DNA of 64,000 nt from Chloroflexota bacterium (GCA_016875535.1 VGPF01000004.1:1588-65587), one strand, 5' to 3'; positions 37,702 to 47,859 are shown, counted from the stretch's first letter. A program made the numbers and translations. Notes: generated from the sequence alone by a model not told the origin.

Positions 37702-38511
37702 ATGCCTAAATGGCTCGAAGGGCGCACGGCCCTGGTCACCGGCGCGAGCCGCGGCATCGGCGTCGGCATCGCCGTCTGCCTCGCCAAGGAGGGGGCGAAG
37801 GTCGCCCTCGCCTCTCGCACCGTCTCCGGCCTGGAGGCCGCGGCGGCTGAAGTGCGCAAGGCCGGCGGCGAGGCGCTGGTCGTCCCGGCCGATGTCACCA
37901 AAGAGGCGGACGTCGCCGCGATGGTGCGCGCGGTTGAGAAGAAGTGGGACCAGGTGGACATCCTGGTCAACAACGCAGGGGCCATGGGCGGCCCCGGGTG
38001 GAACACCGTGTGGCCCGAGCGCCCCCACGACTGGGAGCACGCCTTCCGCGTCAATACGCTCTCGCGCGTCCTGGCGATAAACGCCGTCGCCGAATCCATG
38101 AAGAAGCGCACATGGGGGCGCATCATCAACATCGCCTCGCCCGCCGGGCTGGAAGGCGTGACGCTGCACGTGGCCTACGCCGCCACCAAGGCGGCCGAGA
38201 TCAACTACACCCAGGCCATGGCTAAGGAGCTGGGCAAGTTCAACATCACGGTGAACGCCGTCCTCCCTGGCCTGGTCTACACGGAGATCTCCAACGAGCT
38301 GTGGCATCAGCTCAAGCTGAAGCACGGCGAGCGGCTCGCGGGCGACGACCCGAAGAAGTGGTTCGACGGCCTGGTGACGCGGCAGATCCCCCTGGGGCGC
38401 GCCCAGACGGCGGAAGACATCGGCTGGATGTGCGTCTTCCTCTGCTCCGAGCTCGCGCGCAATATCACGGGCCAGGCCATCAACGTGGACGGCGGCATGA
38501 AACCCCATTAA
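37702..38511 (+). CDS. SDR-family oxidoreductase
   Basis: TGASRGIG Rossmann motif, NNAG, YxxxK. Confidence 0.85.
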   Translation: MPKWLEGRTALVTGASRGIGVGIAVCLAKEGAKVALASRTVSGLEAAAAEVRKAGGEALVVPADVTKEADVAAMVRAVEKKWDQVDILVNNAGAMGGPGWNTVWPERPHDWEHAFRVNTLSRVLAINAVAESMKKRTWGRIINIASPAGLEGVTLHVAYAATKAAEINYTQAMAKELGKFNITVNAVLPGLVYTEISNELWHQLKLKHGERLAGDDPKKWFDGLVTRQIPLGRAQTAEDIGWMCVFLCSELARNITGQAINVDGGMKPH

Positions 38512-38547
38512 GAGATCTCCGCACCCTCTCTCCCCCGGCTGGAGAGA

Positions 38548-39264
38548 ATGAAAGAGAGGAGGATCGAGAGCGCCATGATTTACTACCAAGACATCGTCCA
38601 AGCCGAACCCGGCATGATGGACAGATACCTGAAGATCTTCGGCGAAAAGGCCCTCCCGCCGCTGCTAGAGCGCGGCAACAAGCCCATCGGCATGTACCGC
38701 GTCGTCCCCGGCACAGGCACCTATAACGAAGTGATCTTCATCAACGGCATTGACGATTGGCGGCGCTGGGGCAAAGACGTGGCGACGACCGAAGGCCACC
38801 CCAATCGCGATGAGTGGCACCCCGGCGTGCGCTCCTGGGCCGAGATGGCCTTCGATTACCGCAAGCGGTGGATCAAGAACTTCTACTTCCCCGCGCCCTT
38901 TGCGCCATCGCATGAGCAGCTCATGAAGCGCAAGAAGAACGGCGCGACCTTCATCCACTTAATGTACCGCGTCACCCCGGGCAAGATGGAGCAGTGGCTC
39001 GATTTCGCAGGCTCCACCCTCAAGCCCGCCTGGGAGAAGCAGGGCATGGAGCTCATCACCTTTCTTCACATCTTCCCCGGCACCGGCCCCAGCGACCAGT
39101 GCGTGGAGCTCTGGGCCGTGAAGGACTGGAACGACTGGTCCGATGTGGTCCAGGCGCGCCAACGGCACCTGCCGCTCAAGCGCGCCCTCGCCAGGGCCCT
39201 CGCCTTCCGCGACCGCTGGGACGAGCGCACGCTTCTCCCGGCTCCCTGGTCGCCCGTCCAGTAG
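38548..39264 (+). CDS. NIPSNAP-like dimeric alpha/beta-barrel protein (two repeats)
   Basis: Two ~100-aa internal repeats. Weak family assignment. Confidence 0.45.
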   Translation: MKERRIESAMIYYQDIVQAEPGMMDRYLKIFGEKALPPLLERGNKPIGMYRVVPGTGTYNEVIFINGIDDWRRWGKDVATTEGHPNRDEWHPGVRSWAEMAFDYRKRWIKNFYFPAPFAPSHEQLMKRKKNGATFIHLMYRVTPGKMEQWLDFAGSTLKPAWEKQGMELITFLHIFPGTGPSDQCVELWAVKDWNDWSDVVQARQRHLPLKRALARALAFRDRWDERTLLPAPWSPVQ

Positions 39265-39509
39265 CGGCGCGACTCGCGAACGAGAACCCCTTCGGCCTCG
39301 CCGCCGGCATCTGGACCAGGGACATCACCAAGGCTCGCCGCCTGGCCGGAGCGCTCAAGGCCGGCTCCGTGTGGGTCAACTGCTTTCAGGCGGCCGATCC
39401 CGCCGTTCCCTTCGGCGGCTACAAGCTCAGCGGCTTCGGCCGTGAGAGCGGCACGGAGCAGTACGAGCATTCCCTCGAGACGAAGGCCGTCTGGATCAAG
39501 CTGGGCTAG
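39265..39509 (+). pseudogene. Aldehyde dehydrogenase C-terminal fragment (~80 aa) without an N-terminal body
   Basis: RLANENPFGLAAGIWTRD...PFGGYKLSGFGRESG matches the ALDH C-terminal consensus. It starts immediately after the upstream stop. Confidence 0.7.
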
Positions 39510-39514
39510 CCGAT

Positions 39515-39850
39515 GCGCTCCCGCGAAACGATCGCGCCGCAGCCGCCAGCGAGACGGAGAGCGCCCTCGCCCGCCTCCTGGTCGTCGTCGAGAACTACCC
39601 GCAGATCGCATCCGCCCAGAACGTGCGCGCCCTGCAAGCCCAGCTTGAAGGCACCGAGAACCGCATCTCCGTCGAGCGCCCCCGCTACAACGATGCGGTC
39701 CTGAGCCTCAACAACGCCGTCCGGCGCTTCCCCAGCAACGTCGTCGCTGGCATGTTCGGCTTCGAGAAGCGCACCTACTTCAACGCCGCCCCAGGGACCG
39801 ATGTCGCTCCGCCGGTGAACTTCGGCCGCACGCCAACGCCCTCGAGATAG
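39515..39850 (+). pseudogene. LemA-family C-terminal fragment
   Basis: LLVVVENYPQIASAQNVRALQAQLEGTENRISVERPRYNDAV...FPSNVVAGMFGFEKRTYF is the LemA C-terminal consensus. The N-terminal TM and first half are missing. Confidence 0.65.
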
Positions 39851-39860
39851 CGAGGTCGCC

Positions 39861-40769
39861 ATGTCGCGCCTGCGACGGCTCTTCATCGTCTGCGCGGCGC
39901 TGGCGGCCCTGTTGCCGCTGGCCTCGGCCGCCGCGCAGAAGTATCCCGAGCCCCAGGGGTACGTGAGCGATTTCGCGCGCATCCTCACGCCTGAGATTCG
40001 CACCCCGCTGGAGACGGCCCTTCGCCAGTTCGAGCAGGAGACCACCGTGGAGATCGCCGTCGTCACGGTCCCGAGCCTCCAGGGGGACACCATCGAAGGC
40101 TATGCGGTTCGCCTCTTCGAGAAGTGGGGCATCGGGAAGAAGGGCGTAGATAACGGCCTTTTTCTCCTCTTCGATAACGAATCGAAGCGCGTTCGCATCG
40201 AGGTCGGCTACGGCATGGAGCCCTATATCCCGGATAGCCTCGCGGGCTTCCTCCTCGAGGTGAACTTCGTCCCGCAGCGCGCCAGGGGCAACGTGCCCCT
40301 GGGACTCGTCTCCACGGCGCGGGCCATGGCCCAGGCCGTCAAGGACAGCAGCTACGTTCCCGGCACTGTGCGGACTCGGCCCGTCTCTGAAAAGGTCGGC
40401 GACTATTTCGGACGGCACTTCTGGTGGTTCGTTGGCTTGGGCATCCCATCGATCTATGCCTGCGCCTACATGGCCCGCTCGAAGTCCATCTGGCTCGGCG
40501 GCATCTGGGGCGTCGTCGTCGGCCTCATCGCAGGCATCCTGGCCAATGGCTGGCCTCCGATCGTGCTTGGGATCTTCATCGGCGCCGTCGCAGGTCTTGT
40601 CCTGGACTACATCCTCTCCAACGCCTACAAGTGGCAGTCCTCCAGCGGGCATTCCACATCCTGGGGCAGCACGTGGGGCGGCTTCTACGGCGGCTATCGA
40701 GGCGGAGGAGGAGGGGGCTTCGGAGGCTTCGGCGGAGGCCGCTCCGGCGGCGGGGGCGCTTCCCGCTAG
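39861..40769 (+). CDS. TPM-domain (YgcG-like) membrane protein with Gly-rich tail
   Basis: Signal peptide, TPM domain, TM helices, C-terminal GGGFGGFGGG. LemA-TPM is a conserved pair. Confidence 0.75.
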   Translation: MSRLRRLFIVCAALAALLPLASAAAQKYPEPQGYVSDFARILTPEIRTPLETALRQFEQETTVEIAVVTVPSLQGDTIEGYAVRLFEKWGIGKKGVDNGLFLLFDNESKRVRIEVGYGMEPYIPDSLAGFLLEVNFVPQRARGNVPLGLVSTARAMAQAVKDSSYVPGTVRTRPVSEKVGDYFGRHFWWFVGLGIPSIYACAYMARSKSIWLGGIWGVVVGLIAGILANGWPPIVLGIFIGAVAGLVLDYILSNAYKWQSSSGHSTSWGSTWGGFYGGYRGGGGGGFGGFGGGRSGGGGASR

Positions 40770-40772
40770 CTG

Positions 40773-41678
40773 CTAGCGAAAGTTCGCCATGATCTTGGAG
40801 GCGAAGGTCTCCAACTGCTCGCAGTAGTGCTCCAGGGACTTCGCCCGGAAGTAGAAGTTCATCCCCGTGGCGCCCGCCTTTTGATAGGCCGCAATTTGGT
40901 CCACCAGGGCTGCGAAACCCTTCGGCTCGCTGATGTCATAGTTCGGGTCGCCCATGATGACGACTTCCAGGGGCGAGGCGCGGGCCTTCCACTCGGGAGT
41001 CTGCTTCACCGCCGTGATGATCTCGGTGAACTGCTCGATGGATAGGCCGGGGGTGTCCCAGCCGTCCGCACTCGCCACGGCGCGCCGCAGGGAGACCTTC
41101 GTGTTCCCGCCCAGCCAGATGGGCATGCGCTCCTGGACGGCGTGCGGGTCAATAATGAAATCATCGAAGTTGTAGTACTTCCCGTGAAAGACCGGCTGCC
41201 GCTCCCCCATGGCTGCGCGCAGGGCCTGCAGTCCCTCGGTGTAGCGCTCGGCCCGATGCTCGAACTCCACGCCCAGCAGGTCGAACTCCTCTTTCAACGT
41301 GCCGACGCCGACTCCCAGGATGAGCCGCCCGCCGGAGATCACGTCCAGCGTCCCGTAGCGCTTCGCCACGGAGAGCGGGTGGTGGTACGGCAGCACGATG
41401 ACGTGCGTCAGGAACTTCAGCCGCTTCGTCACCGCCGCCAGGTAGCCGAAGGTTGCCAGCGGGTCGTAGTACCGCGGCCCGCGCGACTGCACGATGTGCG
41501 TAGGGATGCCCACATGCTCGCTGCAGGAGATGTGGTGGATGCCCAGGCGGTCCGCCGTGACAGCGATCTGCCGCAGCTCCCTGGGGCCGCTCTCTACCTC
41601 CCACGGCTGGTGCCGGCGCGTCAGGTGCGTCGCGATTGGCGTCACCAGCCCGAAGAGCATCCCGCGCTCAGCCATCAA
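40773..41678 (-). CDS. LLM-class F420-dependent oxidoreductase (paralog a)
   Basis: Luciferase-like fold. 50% identity to the adjacent paralog. Confidence 0.8.
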   Translation of the reverse strand: MMAERGMLFGLVTPIATHLTRRHQPWEVESGPRELRQIAVTADRLGIHHISCSEHVGIPTHIVQSRGPRYYDPLATFGYLAAVTKRLKFLTHVIVLPYHHPLSVAKRYGTLDVISGGRLILGVGVGTLKEEFDLLGVEFEHRAERYTEGLQALRAAMGERQPVFHGKYYNFDDFIIDPHAVQERMPIWLGGNTKVSLRRAVASADGWDTPGLSIEQFTEIITAVKQTPEWKARASPLEVVIMGDPNYDISEPKGFAALVDQIAAYQKAGATGMNFYFRAKSLEHYCEQLETFASKIMANFR

Positions 41679-41741
41679 TCCCCCCGATCATCCTTGGCTC
41701 AAGCTCCGTCTTCCTACTCTGTGCGCTCTGTGGACGAATCT

Positions 41742-42644
41742 CTACTGGAACTTCCCCGCGACTCGGTCCCTAAATATCTCCAGCTGTTCGCAGTAGTGCT
41801 CCAGGGATGTTGAGCGGAAATACATGTTGAGGATCGTCCCGCCCGCCCTTCGATAGCTGGCGATCTGGTCCGTCACGCCGGCAAGCCCGCTCGTGGTCGT
41901 GACGTCGTAGACCGGCTCCGGCCCGAGCACCACATCGAAGGGCTCCCTCCGCGATCGCCACTCAGGCCACTGCTTCGCCTCGGGCAGCAGCGCGCCCAGC
42001 GTCGCCAGGTCGAAGCCGAACGGGTCCCAGCCGTCGGCCGAGGCCAGCGCCCGCTTGAGCGAAAGCTTGGTGCGCCCGCCCAGCCAGATCGGCACATGCT
42101 CCTGTACGCCGTGGGGCTCGATCACGAAGTCGTCGAACTCGTAGAACTTCCCCTTGAAGACGGGCTTCTGCTTGCCGAAGGATTCGCGAAGAGCCTGCAG
42201 CGCCTCCGTGTAGATCTCCCCACGGCGCTCGAACTCGGCGCCCAGCAGCTCGAACTCTTGCCGCAGGCTGCCGACGCCGATGCCCAGGATGACCCGCCCT
42301 TCGGACATCCTGTCCAGCGTGCCGTAACGCTTCGCCACCGCGAGCGGGTGATGGTACGGCAGCACCAGCACGTGGGTCGCGAACCGGATGCGCTTGGTAA
42401 GCGCGGCGAAATAGCCGAAGGTCGCCAGCGGATCGTAGTAGCGGTGGCCGCGTATCTTCCCGATCTCCGTGGGGATGCCCACATGCTCGCTGCACGTCAT
42501 GTGGTAGAAGCCGCAGCGGTCCGCCGTGATGGCGATCTGCCGCAATTCCGCCGGGCCGCCCTCCGTCTCCCATTTCCCATGCCGCCTGGGCAAATGCGTC
42601 AGGATCGGCGTCAAGATGCCGAACTTCAGCGCCTGCTCTGCCAT
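41742..42644 (-). CDS. LLM-class F420-dependent oxidoreductase (paralog b)
   Basis: Tandem duplicate of the previous gene. Confidence 0.8.
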   Translation of the reverse strand: MAEQALKFGILTPILTHLPRRHGKWETEGGPAELRQIAITADRCGFYHMTCSEHVGIPTEIGKIRGHRYYDPLATFGYFAALTKRIRFATHVLVLPYHHPLAVAKRYGTLDRMSEGRVILGIGVGSLRQEFELLGAEFERRGEIYTEALQALRESFGKQKPVFKGKFYEFDDFVIEPHGVQEHVPIWLGGRTKLSLKRALASADGWDPFGFDLATLGALLPEAKQWPEWRSRREPFDVVLGPEPVYDVTTTSGLAGVTDQIASYRRAGGTILNMYFRSTSLEHYCEQLEIFRDRVAGKFQ

Positions 42645-42747
42645 CTCTGCCTCCCGATGACTCTACTGTCTCACGACCGAGCTCGTGCCGTCTCCCGTCC
42701 CGCGCGCTCTGTACAGAGCGACGAGCGGGCTAGAGGGAGAAACTCGC

Positions 42748-43632
42748 TCACCCTCTCCATCGCGCGAAGATCGCCGTGGGCAACAATCGCCCCTTGCTCT
42801 TCTCCACGTTCGCCAGCTCGCCCGCCGTCACCTGTCCTCCCTTGCCCGCCATCGCGTCGCCCACGATGTTCGCCAGGCTCACCGGCGAAAGCTGGGCAGC
42901 ATAGCACGTCAAGATAAGAAAGAGCGGACGCTCGCTCGCGACGGCCCGGCACTCCTCCAGCAGCCCCGCCAGCGACGTCTCGATCTGCCATAGCTCTCCC
43001 TCCGGCCCGCGCCCGTACTTCGGCGGGTCAATGATGAAGCCGTCGTACCGCGCGCCGCGCCTGCCCTCGCGCTTCACGAACTTCAGCGCGTCGTCCACGA
43101 TCCACCGCACGGGGCGCTCTCCCAACCCGGAGAGACGGTGGTTCTCGGAGGCCCAGTGCACCACCTTCTTGGATGCGTCCACGTGCGTCACGTGGGCCCC
43201 GGCCGCCGAGGCCGCGAGGGTCGCGAGGCCGGTATAGGCGAAGAGGTTCAGCACCTTCACCTCGCGCTTGGCCCCCTGGATCAACGGCGTCATCCACTCC
43301 CAGTGGCTCGCCTGCTCCGGGAAGAGGCCCATGTGGCGGAAGGGCGTCGGCTGCGTCCAGAACGTCAGCCTCTCGTAGCTCATCTGCCACCGCGGCTCGA
43401 TCTCCTTCGGGAAGAACCATCGGCTCCCCGCATCGTCCGTCCCCCGGAAGGTGCCGTGCGCCTTGTCCCACGCCTCTTGCGGCAAGCCCGGCTTCCAGAT
43501 CGCCTGGGCCTCCGGCCGCACGAAGGTGTACGGCCCGAAGCGCTCCAGCTTCTGCCCGTTGCCGCTATCCAACAGCTCATAGTCCTTCCACCCGGAAGGC
43601 GTCAGCACATCGAGCTGTGATCGGCCCTTCAT
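42748..43632 (-). CDS. Class I SAM-dependent methyltransferase (RlmI/RlmK-like)
   Basis: SAM-binding motif NLFAYTG. DPPKYG-type motif. Confidence 0.65.
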   Translation of the reverse strand: MKGRSQLDVLTPSGWKDYELLDSGNGQKLERFGPYTFVRPEAQAIWKPGLPQEAWDKAHGTFRGTDDAGSRWFFPKEIEPRWQMSYERLTFWTQPTPFRHMGLFPEQASHWEWMTPLIQGAKREVKVLNLFAYTGLATLAASAAGAHVTHVDASKKVVHWASENHRLSGLGERPVRWIVDDALKFVKREGRRGARYDGFIIDPPKYGRGPEGELWQIETSLAGLLEECRAVASERPLFLILTCYAAQLSPVSLANIVGDAMAGKGGQVTAGELANVEKSKGRLLPTAIFARWRG

Positions 43633-44654
43633 CGCCGCACCCGCGCCAGGTGCCGGTTGATCTCCTTCACGATCCCCGGCCCCCGGTAGACCATCCCAGT
43701 GTAGACCTGCACCGCATCCGCCCCGGCGTTCAGCATCGCCTCGGCATCCTCGCCGCCGAAGATGCCGCCGACGCCGATGATGAAGTAGTCCTTGGGCGCA
43801 TGGGTGCGGACCGCCCGCACCACCGCAAGGGAGCGCTGGTGCAGCAGGCGCCCGCTCAGACCGCCCTCCCAGGCGCGCGCCCGCTCGGGCCGCAGCGACT
43901 TCTCCGTCGTGGTGTTCGTCGCGATGATTCCGTCCATGCCGCTCTCCACGCAGGCCCTCACCGCATCGGCCAGTTGCTCATCGCTCATATCGGGCGAAAG
44001 CTTCACCAGCAGCGGCTTCGGCGGCCTTCCCTGGGAGACGCGGCTCCGCACCGCGATGAGCCGCGCAGCCAGGTCCCGCAGCGACTGCGCCGATTGCAGG
44101 GAGGTGAGCCCCGCCGTGTTCGGCGAGCTGACGTTGACGGTGAAATAGTCGCCGTGGGCGTAGAGCGATTCCAGGCAGTTCTCATAGTCCGTCGCCGCCC
44201 GCTCCATCGGCGTCGAAGCGTTCTTCCCGATGTTGATTCCCAGGGGCACGCGTCGCGTCGCATAGCGCGCAAGGTTGGAGGAGACCTTCAGCGCGCCCTT
44301 GCTTGGGAAGCCCAGGCGGTTCACCAGCGATTGCTCTTGCTTGAGGCGGAAGACCCGCGGCTTCGGGTTCCCGGGCTGCGCCAGGGGCGTCACGGTGCCG
44401 ATCTCCACGAACCCCAGGCCGATCGCCTCGAACATCCTCGGGGCCTCGGCGTTCTTGTCCGCTCCCGCCGCGAGTCCCACGGGGCTCGGGAAAGTCAGGC
44501 CCTTCCACGTGAAGGCCAGCCGCGGGTCCGCATAGGCGTACAGCCGACGCGTCACCTGATAGGAAAGCGGCAGCCGCTGGACGGCGCGAAGAAAGGCGAG
44601 CGTTGCCTGATGACTGCGTTCAGGGTCCAGCCGGTGCAGCGCCGGCCGCAGCAT
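43629..44654 (-). CDS. pyrD: Dihydroorotate dehydrogenase (quinone), class 2
   Basis: Full-length DHODH motifs (GFVEIGTVTP, NVSSPNT, IGVGGI). Start set at the internal ATG (MLRPALHRLDPE) typical of class-2 N-termini. Confidence 0.85.
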   Translation of the reverse strand: MLRPALHRLDPERSHQATLAFLRAVQRLPLSYQVTRRLYAYADPRLAFTWKGLTFPSPVGLAAGADKNAEAPRMFEAIGLGFVEIGTVTPLAQPGNPKPRVFRLKQEQSLVNRLGFPSKGALKVSSNLARYATRRVPLGINIGKNASTPMERAATDYENCLESLYAHGDYFTVNVSSPNTAGLTSLQSAQSLRDLAARLIAVRSRVSQGRPPKPLLVKLSPDMSDEQLADAVRACVESGMDGIIATNTTTEKSLRPERARAWEGGLSGRLLHQRSLAVVRAVRTHAPKDYFIIGVGGIFGGEDAEAMLNAGADAVQVYTGMVYRGPGIVKEINRHLARVRR

Positions 44655-44806
44655 ATGTTCGTAGAAGATGCCCACCTGTGCGCGTTGCCCCCGCCTCGCT
44701 CCACAAGGCTCGCGCCAGTATACCCGACTCATCCCTCGTCGCGCGATTGACCGCCTGCTCACACCAGGCGATAATCCCTCACTATGCGCCCTCCCGCGAG
44801 TGCCTC

Positions 44807-46219
44807 ATGACCCAGCGCGCGCCACGCCCCCACCTCATCCTCGCCGTCGTCGCTCCCGTCCTCCTCGTCGCCTCCATCAACTCCACCATCGTCGCCGTCG
44901 GCCTGCCCACCATGCGGCGCGAGCTCGGCACCTCCCTTGCCTCCATCGGCTGGACCATCACCGCCTTCCAGCTCGCCCAGACCATCATGATGCCCCTGGC
45001 CGGCAAGCTCAGCGACGATTTGGGCCGCAAGCGCGTCTTCATCGCCGCCCTCATCCTCTTCACCTCCTGCACCATCGCCTCCGGCCTTTCGCCCAACATC
45101 GGCGTCCTCATCGGCTTCCGCATCCTCCAGGGCTTCGGCAGCGCCTTCTTCCAGCCCTCCTCCACGGCCATCGTCAGCGATACCTTCGGCGCGAAACGCT
45201 CCACCGCCATCGGCCTTTTGGCCAGCATCGTCCCCATCGGCGCCATCGCCGGCCCCAACATCGGCGGCCTCATCCTCACCCACCTCTCCTGGCGGTGGAT
45301 CTTCTTCGTTACCGTCCCCCTCAGCATCGGCCTCATCATCGGCGCCTCCATCGTCCTTCCCAACGTGCCGAAGAAGGCCCCGGAGAGGCTCGATCTCACC
45401 GGCGTGGGGCTCTTCGCGGGCGGGCTCAGCCTCACCCTCTACGGCCTTACCGACCTGGCGCACAACACGGGGGTTATCCCTTGGAGCGTTCCCCTACTCC
45501 TCTGCCTCGGCCCGCTCTTCCTAGCAGCTTTCATCCTGCACGAGCGACGCGCCAGCGCCCCCTTCCTGAAACTGGACCTCTTGCGGCAGCCAGCCTTCGC
45601 CGCTATCAACTTCTACAACGTCGTCTTCGGCATCGCCACCCTCTCCATCCCGGCCTTCCTGCCGTACTACGCCAGCGTGGCCTTCGGCCTCTCCCCGGGG
45701 AAGAACGGCCTGGCCCTCACGCCCTATTCCACCGCCACCCTCGCGGCCTCGCTCCTCTGCAGCTTCTTCTTCCTCAGATACAGCTACCGCCGCCCCATGA
45801 TCGCCGGATCGCTCCTCATGGCCGCAGGCCTCTTCCTCCTGAGTCTGGGGCTGGACGGCGTTCGCATCGGCTCCTTCGAGCTGTCCAACGCCGCGCTCCT
45901 GGGGCTCATCTTCATGATCACGGGAATCGGCGTCGGCTTCAGCAATCCTGCCGCGAATAACGCCGTCCTTGATCTTGCCCCAGGCCAGGTTGGCGCGGCA
46001 TCCGGCATCCGCGGCATGTTCCGCATCTCCGGCGGCCTCATCGGCACGGCTTCGATCCCCCTCGTCCTCAGCCGCTTCGGCGATGAGGCCATCGGCATGC
46101 GCTACATCTTCGCGGGCCTCGGCGTCATCCTGCTTCTCATGATCCCCCTGGTCCGCGTCATCCCGGACCACGGGCGCATGCGGTACTTGGCATCACAAGG
46201 CGCCTCTCCCGGGAAATAA
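44807..46219 (+). CDS. MFS transporter (DHA2-like, 14 TM)
   Basis: MFS motifs (GKLSDDLGRKR). Start at the internal ATG. Confidence 0.8.
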   Translation: MTQRAPRPHLILAVVAPVLLVASINSTIVAVGLPTMRRELGTSLASIGWTITAFQLAQTIMMPLAGKLSDDLGRKRVFIAALILFTSCTIASGLSPNIGVLIGFRILQGFGSAFFQPSSTAIVSDTFGAKRSTAIGLLASIVPIGAIAGPNIGGLILTHLSWRWIFFVTVPLSIGLIIGASIVLPNVPKKAPERLDLTGVGLFAGGLSLTLYGLTDLAHNTGVIPWSVPLLLCLGPLFLAAFILHERRASAPFLKLDLLRQPAFAAINFYNVVFGIATLSIPAFLPYYASVAFGLSPGKNGLALTPYSTATLAASLLCSFFFLRYSYRRPMIAGSLLMAAGLFLLSLGLDGVRIGSFELSNAALLGLIFMITGIGVGFSNPAANNAVLDLAPGQVGAASGIRGMFRISGGLIGTASIPLVLSRFGDEAIGMRYIFAGLGVILLLMIPLVRVIPDHGRMRYLASQGASPGK

Positions 46220-46344
46220 AAAGGGCCGCCGCTCATCTCCCTGGGGCTTCCTCACCAGGAAAAGGGAGACAGGCGGCGGCCGGACTCGCTCTTAGAGCCC
46301 GACGGGGCAGATCGGGCCGAGCCGAGCGAAAAAGGCTCCGATCG

Positions 46345-46636
46345 TTATGATGCGATGCGCTGCGGCGAAGGTGCAGCCTGCCGGATGATGCGATGCACCG
46401 TCCGCACGCTGACGCCGAAGCGGCTCGCCAGGTCGTCCACGGACGCCCGGCCGCCCACGCGGAACTTCAAGATCTCGGCGTTCCGCGAGGTCCGCTCCTC
46501 TTTCATGAGCCACCCAGGCTCGTCATAGCGGCAGCGCGGCAGCGGGCACGTCAGGCACGAAGGATGCATATCGCATCCCGTGTCTCGATAGCTGGTGAAT
46601 TCCGGAAGATGATCGAGCGATGATGTCCGAGCCATA
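46345..46636 (-). CDS. Small Cys-rich protein with C-terminal sigma-70-region-4/LuxR-like HTH
   Basis: C-x6-C-x2-C-x4-C cluster followed by ASVDDLASRFGVSVRTVHRIIRQ. Confidence 0.5.
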
Positions 46637-46694
46637 GCGATGTCCTCTCCTTGTTCCAGTGCGCTCAACTGCAATCCAATGCTCCGTTGCGACG

Positions 46695-47480
46695 CTATGC
46701 CGTCACGGCGGCGAGATAGAGACCCCGGGCCGCCTCCAGGGCTAATGCCAAGCTCATCAGATACCCATCGTCGGAGGCCGTGTCCGGCGGGAACTCCAGG
46801 CCCCCGTCCGGCTTCGCCTTGGCCTGCGCCCGCACGATCTGCGCCCAGAAGTCCATCGCCTCCCGGGAGCCGTCCTGGGCGTAGACCTTCACCAGCTCGG
46901 CCTCCACCTCATGGAGGAGGCGCGCGCACAGCTCCGTGCGCTGTCGCCCGTAGAGGCCAGTCACCTCCACGCGCCCGTCGCCCATCGCCCCGTCGCGCTC
47001 GATGTGATCCGCCGCCGACGCCAGCGACGGCATCCCCGCGACGACCCGGCTCAAGCGCCACGGCGCGAGCTGTTCCCTGACCAGCGCGGAGAGGCGCACA
47101 TCTTCCAGCTTGCCGCTCCACTGCTCGTGATGCACCACGCGCACCATGGGCCTCGGCATCCCGGCGTCCGTTTCGGCGATGGTCAGCGTCAGCGCTTCGC
47201 GAGGCTCGCCGGAGAAGAGTGAATAGCTGTTGTACTGGGTCTGGGGCGCGGAGACCGCAAGCCCCGCCACATACGATTTGCCCGCCAGCGGCTGTTTCCG
47301 GCGCGGATAGACGCCGCGCATCCCCACCCGCTGCACCAGGGAGAACATCCGCGAGGCATTGGGCTGCTCAACCGCCGCCGCTTGCCTCGCCTGCCACGGG
47401 CGGTCCGCCGCTGCCGCCATCCGCGTCCGCGCCGTTTCAATCGCCTCTTGGAACTGCCTCACCTCGGCCTTTGCTGACAT
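46695..47480 (-). CDS. Hypothetical protein (261 aa), co-operonic with the Cys-rich HTH protein
   Basis: High GC3. No recognisable domain. Confidence 0.45.
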   Translation of the reverse strand: MSAKAEVRQFQEAIETARTRMAAAADRPWQARQAAAVEQPNASRMFSLVQRVGMRGVYPRRKQPLAGKSYVAGLAVSAPQTQYNSYSLFSGEPREALTLTIAETDAGMPRPMVRVVHHEQWSGKLEDVRLSALVREQLAPWRLSRVVAGMPSLASAADHIERDGAMGDGRVEVTGLYGRQRTELCARLLHEVEAELVKVYAQDGSREAMDFWAQIVRAQAKAKPDGGLEFPPDTASDDGYLMSLALALEAARGLYLAAVTA

Positions 47481-47859
47481 CGCTGTGCTCCTTCAAATCA
47501 AGTTGCCCCTTCTGCAATCCGAACGCACGTTCTGATGAATGGCTCGATGGTAGCACAGGCGTTCTACTGCCGTCAAGCCCCCTCCGCCGCCTGAGGCGGC
47601 GGCCCTTGGGCCTCGGGCGTGCAAGATGCGCCGACGCCCTTGGCAGCCGCCCGCAAGCCGTCCTGAGGTATAATCATTCGAGCGGCCCAGGCCGCCTTTC
47701 CTATGGACGAGCGCCAGGCATACGCGAAGGGCCATCCGGCCGCCTGCACCTGCGCGGACTGCAGCAGGCGGCGGCTTGAGCGGCAGCAGCGCAAGGGCCT
47801 CCTCTCGCGCCTGCTGGCCAGGCTGCGCGGCAAGCGCTAGCGCGCCCGTCCGGTCTCAC

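Noticed and set aside
43173-44750. 525-aa plus-strand ORF across pyrD and the methyltransferase. Also 44759..45463 - inside the MFS gene, 49856..50866 - inside dnaJ, 51290..52249 - inside the M48 gene, 52712..53527 +, 53579..54256 +, 55129..56499 +, 57618..59777 -, 62463..63464 +.
   Set aside because: All are Arg/Pro/Gly/Asp-rich antisense or out-of-frame shadows of confidently identified genes.
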